Sequence record: SRR22947727_1209
DNA: 32,650 nucleotides
Strand: one strand, 5' to 3'
Within the stretch, counting starts at the first letter, position 1. Each line of letters opens with the position of its first letter. A program made the position numbers and the translations under genes. Shown here piece after piece: positions 26,403-32,650 of this stretch. The notes below the pieces were generated by a model. The model saw nothing but the letters and a program-made list of their open reading frames with translations. It searched no databases and was not told the origin of the DNA.

Positions 26403-27391
26403 TTCATACCTTTTTTTAACATAAACTTAACTGCAAACTTTAACCAGTCTTTGTGGTTTAATGGGGGCACTGCTCCTGTAAACCTCTGTCCTTCTTTTTT
26501 AATTGATCGTGCTATTGGTGTTGTGGGTGAAATCACAGTTTTATCAGCTATTGAAATATTCGGACCTATCCTAGCACCGCCACCAATCATGCAATGCTTA
26601 CCAATTTTTGAGCTTCCTGCAAATCCTGCCATTGCAGCAATAATTGTCCCTTCACCAATAGTACAATTATGAGCGATATGGACCAAATTATCAATTTTTA
26701 CTCCTGTTTTAATAGTTGTATCATCAATTGCACCACAATCTATTGTTGTATTGGCTCCAATATCGACATTATCTTCAATTACAACACTTCCTGTTTGTGG
26801 AATCTTAGACCAACTTCCATCACTATCAGGCGCATAACCAAAGCCATCTGTACCAATTCTTGAGCCTGAAAACAGTACGCAATTATTTCCTATTTTCACT
26901 TTGTTCTCGATACTAACATTCGCATGAATAATTGTATTATTTCCTATAGCTACATCGTGACCAATTGAAACATTTGGGCCAATTTGTATATTTTTTCCTA
27001 ATAAGCAACCTTCTCCAATAACTGTATTTGCAGCTATATAGGCATTTTGACCAATCTTTGCATCCTTACCAATAACCACTGATGAATGAATTCCTTGGTT
27101 TGTTTGTTCATTTTGGCTATCGAATAAGGTTGCAATCTTTGAAAATGCTAAATATGGATTTTTAACAACTATATAGTCCTTATCCCAATACTTTAAATCA
27201 TCCTGTTTAATTAAAATAACCTTGGATTTAGTATCACTTAATTTTGGAATATACGAAGCATCAGATAAAAAGGAAATGGAGCTGTCATTAGCAGATTCTA
27301 GTGAAGAAATATTATCTATAACAATATTATTTGATGATGCTTTTCCGTTAACTAATTCTGCCAATTCAGAACATTTATATTCTTTCACCAT
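26399..27391 (-). CDS. lpxD: UDP-3-O-acylglucosamine N-acyltransferase
   Basis: NPYLAF, hexapeptide repeats, IG.DGFGYA, IPQ.G.V and [12 protein letters not shown] motifs. Confidence 0.96.
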   Translation of the reverse strand: MVKEYKCSELAELVNGKASSNNIVIDNISSLESANDSSISFLSDASYIPKLSDTKSKVILIKQDDLKYWDKDYIVVKNPYLAFSKIATLFDSQNEQTNQGIHSSVVIGKDAKIGQNAYIAANTVIGEGCLLGKNIQIGPNVSIGHDVAIGNNTIIHANVSIENKVKIGNNCVLFSGSRIGTDGFGYAPDSDGSWSKIPQTGSVVIEDNVDIGANTTIDCGAIDDTTIKTGVKIDNLVHIAHNCTIGEGTIIAAMAGFAGSSKIGKHCMIGGGARIGPNISIADKTVISPTTPIARSIKKEGQRFTGAVPPLNHKDWLKFAVKFMLKKGMK

Positions 27392-27409
27392 TTATTAGTT
27401 AGCAATCTT

Positions 27410-27916
27410 TTATTTAGTTTTACCTAAAGTCTTTATAAGATCATCTGTAATATCAATTCCTTTGGAAGCATACGCTACTCCTTGATACAAAATCAGATCA
27501 TACTTCTCTTTTTCAGCTAGCTCCTCAATTGATTTATTAATTTGTTGTTGTAGCTTCCCAATTTCTTCACGTCTTCTTATATCAATATCCTCTCTTAATT
27601 CTCTTTCAATTCTTTGAATTTCAATTTTTGCATTTTGGATTTTTTTCTGAGCTTTTTGTTTATCGGAATCGGACATGGTTAAGCTATTTTTTTTATAATC
27701 TTTTTCTTGAGCTTGGATGGCTTTACCTTTTTTTTGAAGGTCATCAGTTCTTGATTTGAATTCTTTTTCAAGCTTTTTATTACTGGATGCAGTTTGAGGA
27801 GCATCTTTTAATACCTTCTCAACAACAACATATCCAATTTTAATTTCAGCATGAAGTGAAAGCGGAATCAATAAAAAAATACTTAATAAAATACCTATAT
27901 ATGTTTTGTTAATCAT
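27410..27916 (-). CDS. skp: Periplasmic chaperone Skp/OmpH
   Basis: Signal peptide, KIGYV, coiled-coil body, YDLIL and IDITD; located between bamA and lpxD. Confidence 0.92.
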   Translation of the reverse strand: MINKTYIGILLSIFLLIPLSLHAEIKIGYVVVEKVLKDAPQTASSNKKLEKEFKSRTDDLQKKGKAIQAQEKDYKKNSLTMSDSDKQKAQKKIQNAKIEIQRIERELREDIDIRRREEIGKLQQQINKSIEELAEKEKYDLILYQGVAYASKGIDITDDLIKTLGKTK

Positions 27917-27939
27917 CTTATCTCCTCAATTAAATTTTT

Positions 27940-30252
27940 TTAAAAATTCGTGCCCATACCAAACTGGAACACTTCTGTTTCATCTAGATTATCATCATTT
28001 AGCGCCTTAGCAAATGAAACATTTATAGGTCCGAAGGGAGAAACCCATAAAACAGATAGTCCCGCTGAAAATCTCATTTCATCCAAAGCAATATTTTCGT
28101 CCTCTTCCCAAACACCACCACCATCTATAAAGGTTTCTAAACGCACTTGGTCTTTGAATGCACCTCCAGGAAGCGGGAAAAGTATTGAAGTATTAGCCAC
28201 AATCTTTGTCGTACCTCCCGTTGATACATAATCTTGCTCAGTTGTATCATAAAACTGCTTTCCAATTGAGGCAGCCTTATATCCTCTCACAGTATTAGAC
28301 CCACCTACATAATAATTTTGGAAAAATGGATATGGATCATCACCATAAGAATGCGCATACCCTAAGTCTAACTTATTCTGCCATACAAACTTCTCAGTGA
28401 TAGGCATGTAATCCACCACCTTTCCATTGAGCTGATAGTACTGCATATCAAGTATAGGAAGCGTAATTTCTGAGCTTAGATCATACTTGTAACCCGAAGT
28501 AGGATAAAGTGCACTATCTCTTTTGTCTGAAGTATATCCAACAGACAAAACAGCCTCATTTTGGTCACATCCACCATCATCACCCCCGGAAACATCTTTA
28601 CAATAATCTTTGTATCTTGTCGGTGAGGCACTAACAAGCTTAATCTCTGTCATGTCTACATCAAATCCAATATTGACAGTATCATATTCGTTCATAGGAA
28701 TCCCAAAACCAACACCCAAGCCTAAAGAATCTTTGTCATATTGACCAGTATCTAGGTCTTTAGTATTTGTTTCTTTGGTGTATGCAGTAATCCTTCTTGA
28801 TATTCCATCAAGTGTGTAATATGGATCCAAATGACTAATACTGTAAACTGTATTGACACTACTAGTATTGATTGTTGCTGATACTGTATTTCCTGTTCCA
28901 AGAAAGTTTGCTTGTGTCACAGAAAAGCTTCCCACTAAACCTTCATCTGAGCTGGCTCCGGCTCCAAGTTTTACAGAACCTGTATTTTTCTCTTTCACTG
29001 CTACGGTGAGGTCCACTTGATCAGATATTCCAGGCACAGAAACTGTTTTAATATCAACACCTTCAAAGTATTGAGTCCTCTTCAATCGTCGAGTTGATTG
29101 ATCAATTTTTTCCTTATCATAATATGATGCCTCGAATTGACGCATCTCTCTTCTCAAAACCTTATCTTTTGTTTTTTCATTTCCAACAAAGCTTATTCTT
29201 CTTACGTAAACTTTTTTTCCTGGCTCGATAAAATAGTTGAAACCTACAATCAAATTTTCTTTATCAACATCTGGTATTGGATTTACATTTGAAAATGCAT
29301 ACCCATAGTTTCCAAGTTCCTGATTAATCGATTCAGTTGATTCATTCAAAAGCTTTCTGCTAAAAACTTCACCCCTTATAGTCTTAATATCTTTTTGAAA
29401 AATAGACTCTTCAGTTAATGGATAATATTTTCCACTTATTTTAATATCTCCAAATGTATATTTATCGCCTTCATCAATAATAATTGCGATATAAACATTT
29501 TTTTTAGTTTCAGATATGCTTACAGTCGTGTTTTTAATATCAAAATCTAAATAGCCTCTGTTCATATAAAAAGAACGAATTTTTTCAAGGTCACCAGTTA
29601 AAACTTGCCTTGAATATCTATCATCTTTATTCCACCATGACAAAAAGTTTGTTGGTTGAAGGTCAAGACGGCTTAAAAGGTCATCTTGGTCAAATTTTGT
29701 GACTCCAACCAAAGAAACCTCTTTGATTCTCGCAGTTGACCCCTCATTGATATAAAAATCTATCGCAACACGATTTCTTTCTTGGGGGGTTACTTTTGTA
29801 TCAATCGTAGCAGAATAGAGTCCAAGATTTAAATACTGCTTACTGATCTCATTTTTAACCCTTGTCAATTGAGGCTCACTAAAAAGTAGCCCCTCCCCTA
29901 AATTCATTTGAAGCATTCCTTCCTTAATCTTATCCGGTTGAATAGCTTCAGCTCCATGAAATGAAATAGTAGAAATAATAGGTTTTTCATTAACAATGAT
30001 TACAACAACGCTACCCTCTAAGTCTATACTTATGTTTTTAAATTGACCTGTTTTGTATAGTAATTGTATGGCCTCTGAGAAATTTGCTTCATTTATGGGG
30101 GTATCAACTTCGAATGGAATATTATCAAAAACTAAACCTGGATCGACACGCTTTAATCCTTGGACTTTAATATCTGATATATATGTTTCTTCCGCAGATA
30201 TAGGCAAAGATATTGAGGCAAAAAGAAGTAATAATAAAAATAATTTTTTCAT
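27940..30252 (-). CDS. bamA: Outer membrane protein assembly factor BamA (ATG 30252 preferred over GTG 30300)
   Basis: Signal peptide MKKLFLLLLLFASISLPISA, POTRA repeats, GNEKTKDKVLRRE, VRGY, SPFGP and C-terminal FQFGMGTNF. Confidence 0.97.
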   Translation of the reverse strand: MKKLFLLLLLFASISLPISAEETYISDIKVQGLKRVDPGLVFDNIPFEVDTPINEANFSEAIQLLYKTGQFKNISIDLEGSVVVIIVNEKPIISTISFHGAEAIQPDKIKEGMLQMNLGEGLLFSEPQLTRVKNEISKQYLNLGLYSATIDTKVTPQERNRVAIDFYINEGSTARIKEVSLVGVTKFDQDDLLSRLDLQPTNFLSWWNKDDRYSRQVLTGDLEKIRSFYMNRGYLDFDIKNTTVSISETKKNVYIAIIIDEGDKYTFGDIKISGKYYPLTEESIFQKDIKTIRGEVFSRKLLNESTESINQELGNYGYAFSNVNPIPDVDKENLIVGFNYFIEPGKKVYVRRISFVGNEKTKDKVLRREMRQFEASYYDKEKIDQSTRRLKRTQYFEGVDIKTVSVPGISDQVDLTVAVKEKNTGSVKLGAGASSDEGLVGSFSVTQANFLGTGNTVSATINTSSVNTVYSISHLDPYYTLDGISRRITAYTKETNTKDLDTGQYDKDSLGLGVGFGIPMNEYDTVNIGFDVDMTEIKLVSASPTRYKDYCKDVSGGDDGGCDQNEAVLSVGYTSDKRDSALYPTSGYKYDLSSEITLPILDMQYYQLNGKVVDYMPITEKFVWQNKLDLGYAHSYGDDPYPFFQNYYVGGSNTVRGYKAASIGKQFYDTTEQDYVSTGGTTKIVANTSILFPLPGGAFKDQVRLETFIDGGGVWEEDENIALDEMRFSAGLSVLWVSPFGPINVSFAKALNDDNLDETEVFQFGMGTNF

Positions 30253-30528
30253 TAATTCATAGCGTATACATAAAAACAATATTATATACTGCAAAAACAC
30301 ATTTAAAAACTAATATTTTCTCTTAAGTCATTGAGAAATAATGAAATTATAAAAATTTATTACTTTGGATTAAGGCAAAATAAAATATTTATAAAGGTTT
30401 TAAATATGCAAAAGAGCGCTTATTTAAATAAATAAAACCTTAAAAAACATGAATTTAAAAAAGTTAAAATATTTTTTTAATAATTTATTATAATAAACTA
30501 CATTAAAATATATTTTTTAATTATTGTT

Positions 30529-31695
30529 TTATAAGATTTTTTTTAATAAAATACTTGCTTCTTGTCTAGCAATGGAATCAACCTCAATAATATGCTCTAC
30601 AGAGCTAATGTCAGTTGATTTTATATTGGCTAATGTTTTGTCAATCAATTCAGAGATTTGGATAAAGTTTATTTTTTTTGATAAAAATGCCTCTACAGCT
30701 ACCTCGTTTGAGGCATTTAAATAAATACAATGTGCTGTTCCACTTGATAAGCAATGATATGCAAGATCCAGACAAGGGAATTTTTTTAGGTCTGGTTTTA
30801 AAAAATTCAGATTTGCCATTTTTTCAAGAGATATACCTTTAACTCCAGATGAAATTCTATCGGGATAGCTTAGGGCATATGCTATTGGAATTCTCATATC
30901 CGGGTTTCCAAGCTGACATAAGGAGCTACCATCAATAAATTCAACAAAGGAATGAATAATACTTTGTGGATGCATTAAAACCTCTATCTTTTCTCTTTTA
31001 ATTTTAAATAAATATGATGCCTCTATTACTTCTAACCCTTTGTTCATCATTGTTGCAGAGTCAATCGATATTTTTTTTCCCATTTTCCAATTTGGGTGAT
31101 TTAATGCTTGCTCTACTGATACTTTCTTTAAACTATTTATATCGAAGTCGATAAAAGGACCGCCAGAAGCAGTAAGAGTTATTTTATTTATATCTTCAGG
31201 CTTTGTTTGTGCTGAAATAATCTGGAAAATTGCATTATGTTCGCTATCAACTGGAATCAATGTTGAGTTATTCTCAGTACATATTTTATTTAATAAATCA
31301 CCTGCCATTACCATTGATTCTTTATTTGCTAACAAAATTTGCTTTCCGCTTTTTGCTGCAGATATTGTTGAAAGCAAACCTGCGCTTCCAGTAATTGCTG
31401 CAATGACTGTTGTTACTTTTTCATGAGCAGCAATGAATTTATAACCATCTTCACCAAATAAAACTTCAACATCTAAATTTAAGAGCTTTAATTTGTCAGC
31501 CAATATTTTTTTGGATATTAAGTCTTTAGTAACAATATATTTAGGTTTAAATTTTAGCGCTTGCTCCAACAACATATCATTATTATTAAATCCACTTAGC
31601 GCGAAAACTTTATACTTATCTGGATGTAGATTTATCACTGACAATGCACTTCTTCCAATACTTCCAGTAGAACCCAAAATAGAAATAATCTTCAT
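30529..31695 (-). CDS. dxr: 1-deoxy-D-xylulose-5-phosphate reductoisomerase
   Basis: LGSTGSIG, LANKES, PVDSEHNA, HPNWKMG.KISIDSATMMNKGLE and NEVAV motifs. Confidence 0.98.
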   Translation of the reverse strand: MKIISILGSTGSIGRSALSVINLHPDKYKVFALSGFNNNDMLLEQALKFKPKYIVTKDLISKKILADKLKLLNLDVEVLFGEDGYKFIAAHEKVTTVIAAITGSAGLLSTISAAKSGKQILLANKESMVMAGDLLNKICTENNSTLIPVDSEHNAIFQIISAQTKPEDINKITLTASGGPFIDFDINSLKKVSVEQALNHPNWKMGKKISIDSATMMNKGLEVIEASYLFKIKREKIEVLMHPQSIIHSFVEFIDGSSLCQLGNPDMRIPIAYALSYPDRISSGVKGISLEKMANLNFLKPDLKKFPCLDLAYHCLSSGTAHCIYLNASNEVAVEAFLSKKINFIQISELIDKTLANIKSTDISSVEHIIEVDSIARQEASILLKKIL

Positions 31696-31696
31696 A

Positions 31697-32554
31697 CTAA
31701 ATAATCATTTTTGGCAAAATAATATTGCAATTAATTAATACCAAATAAGATATTGGTATTGTTGGACAAAAACTATCAAGCCTATCAAACAGGCCACCAT
31801 GGCCTGGAATAATTGACCCACTATCTTTCACATTTACACGCCTCTTTAAAAATGATTGATATATATCACCATAAATACTTAAACCCGTAACCAATGTGGC
31901 AAAAGCTAAAAGCATTAAGAGATCTAAAACATAAAATTGAGATAAAATAAACACAAAGATTACATTAGATAAAAAACCGCCTATAGCCCCTTCAATTGTT
32001 TTTCCTGGGCTTATATTTTTTGCTAGTTTATTTTTTCCAAAAGCTTTTCCGCAAACATAAGCACCGATATCAGCAAACCAAATCATAAAAAATAAAATTA
32101 AAATAAAACTTTTATCCTCAATAAACATAAATAAAGATACCAAGATCATGGGAGTAAAAATAAAATAGCCAAAGAAGATTTTAAATTTACTATTTGATGA
32201 TATTTTCTTATAAAAAATATCTAAAGGTACCAAGATAAGCCAGAAAATTGTTCCTATGAAGCTTATTCCAATAGTAAAATCTTTTAAAAATATCTTAAAA
32301 AGATCTTGATTTGTATAAGGTAAAAAATTGATACCTATGTAAATAAAATAGAAAAAAATAATCGGTAAGATCGACAATACCCAATAAACAACTAGTGATA
32401 GACTTTTTAATTTTAATAGCCTAGATAATTCTTTTAGTAAGATTAAACTTGAAAAAAAAACTAATGTAAAAAAAATAATAGGGCTTTTAAAGAGAAAAGA
32501 ACTCAAAAAAGCTAAGAACAAGATAGATGCGGAGAGGATTCTTTTTTTTAACAT
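31697..32554 (-). CDS. cdsA: Phosphatidate cytidylyltransferase
   Basis: DIGAY..GK.FG..KLA..ISPGKT.EG and KDSG.IIPGHGG.FDRLDS motifs. Confidence 0.95.
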   Translation of the reverse strand: MLKKRILSASILFLAFLSSFLFKSPIIFFTLVFFSSLILLKELSRLLKLKSLSLVVYWVLSILPIIFFYFIYIGINFLPYTNQDLFKIFLKDFTIGISFIGTIFWLILVPLDIFYKKISSNSKFKIFFGYFIFTPMILVSLFMFIEDKSFILILFFMIWFADIGAYVCGKAFGKNKLAKNISPGKTIEGAIGGFLSNVIFVFILSQFYVLDLLMLLAFATLVTGLSIYGDIYQSFLKRRVNVKDSGSIIPGHGGLFDRLDSFCPTIPISYLVLINCNIILPKMII

Positions 32555-32560
32555 ATGTAT

Positions 32561-32650
32561 TTATATGGATCCAAATTTTCTTTCAGTGTTTTGAAAAAAA
32601 TATAAAGCATCTACAAAAATTTTTTCATTAAAGTCTGGCCATAATTTTTT
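32561..32650 (-). CDS. uppS: Undecaprenyl diphosphate synthase, 3' end only (cut by the window edge)
   Basis: My translation KKLWPDFNEKIFVDALYFFQNTERKFGSI* contains the LWPDF and R.FG motifs; directly upstream of cdsA. Confidence 0.9.
   Translation of the reverse strand, partial: KKLWPDFNEKIFVDALYFFQNTERKFGSI

Noticed and set aside
30253-30300. N-terminal extension of BamA from GTG 30300
   Set aside because: A typical signal peptide begins at ATG 30252, and a TATAAT element lies inside the putative extension.
3991-31738. Other short track ORFs overlapping housekeeping genes (e.g. 3991, 7641, 9479, 10574, 11497, 12415, 14387, 15133, 15618, 16697, 16879, 17884, 19535, 20344, 21824, 23746, 26451, 26669, 27950, 30053, 30524, 31493)
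   Set aside because: They overlap well-supported genes on the opposite strand or in another frame and show no protein-like motifs.

Overview
This is low-GC, tightly packed betaproteobacterial DNA. The gene order and a two-subunit pyruvate carboxylase suggest a streamlined Methylophilaceae (OM43/Methylopumilus-like); that assignment is inference. About 25 kb is housekeeping: the uppS(partial)-cdsA-dxr-bamA-skp-lpxD-fabZ-lpxA-lpxB-rnhB cluster, pycA-pycB-maf-methyltransferase, and rpmF-plsX-fabH-fabD-fabG-acpP-fabF-pabC-mltG-tmk-holB-tatD-MBL hydrolase. Three genes usually found in these clusters (rseP, yceD, pilZ) are absent from their normal positions. The left 7.6 kb is the accessory part. 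It holds (i) the 5' end of a large Calx-beta repeat protein missed by the ORF track (2148 to <1, minus strand) and (ii) an uncharacterised module. In that module a cytoplasmic molybdopterin oxidoreductase is coupled to a stand-alone MEKHLA (PAS-like) protein that appears to start at ATA, followed by an MHS-type MFS transporter and a YqaA/DedA protein. It is transcribed back-to-back with a strongly expressed DUF1097 membrane protein, with a palindrome midway between the two promoters. No tRNA, rRNA, CRISPR array or mobile element was seen.
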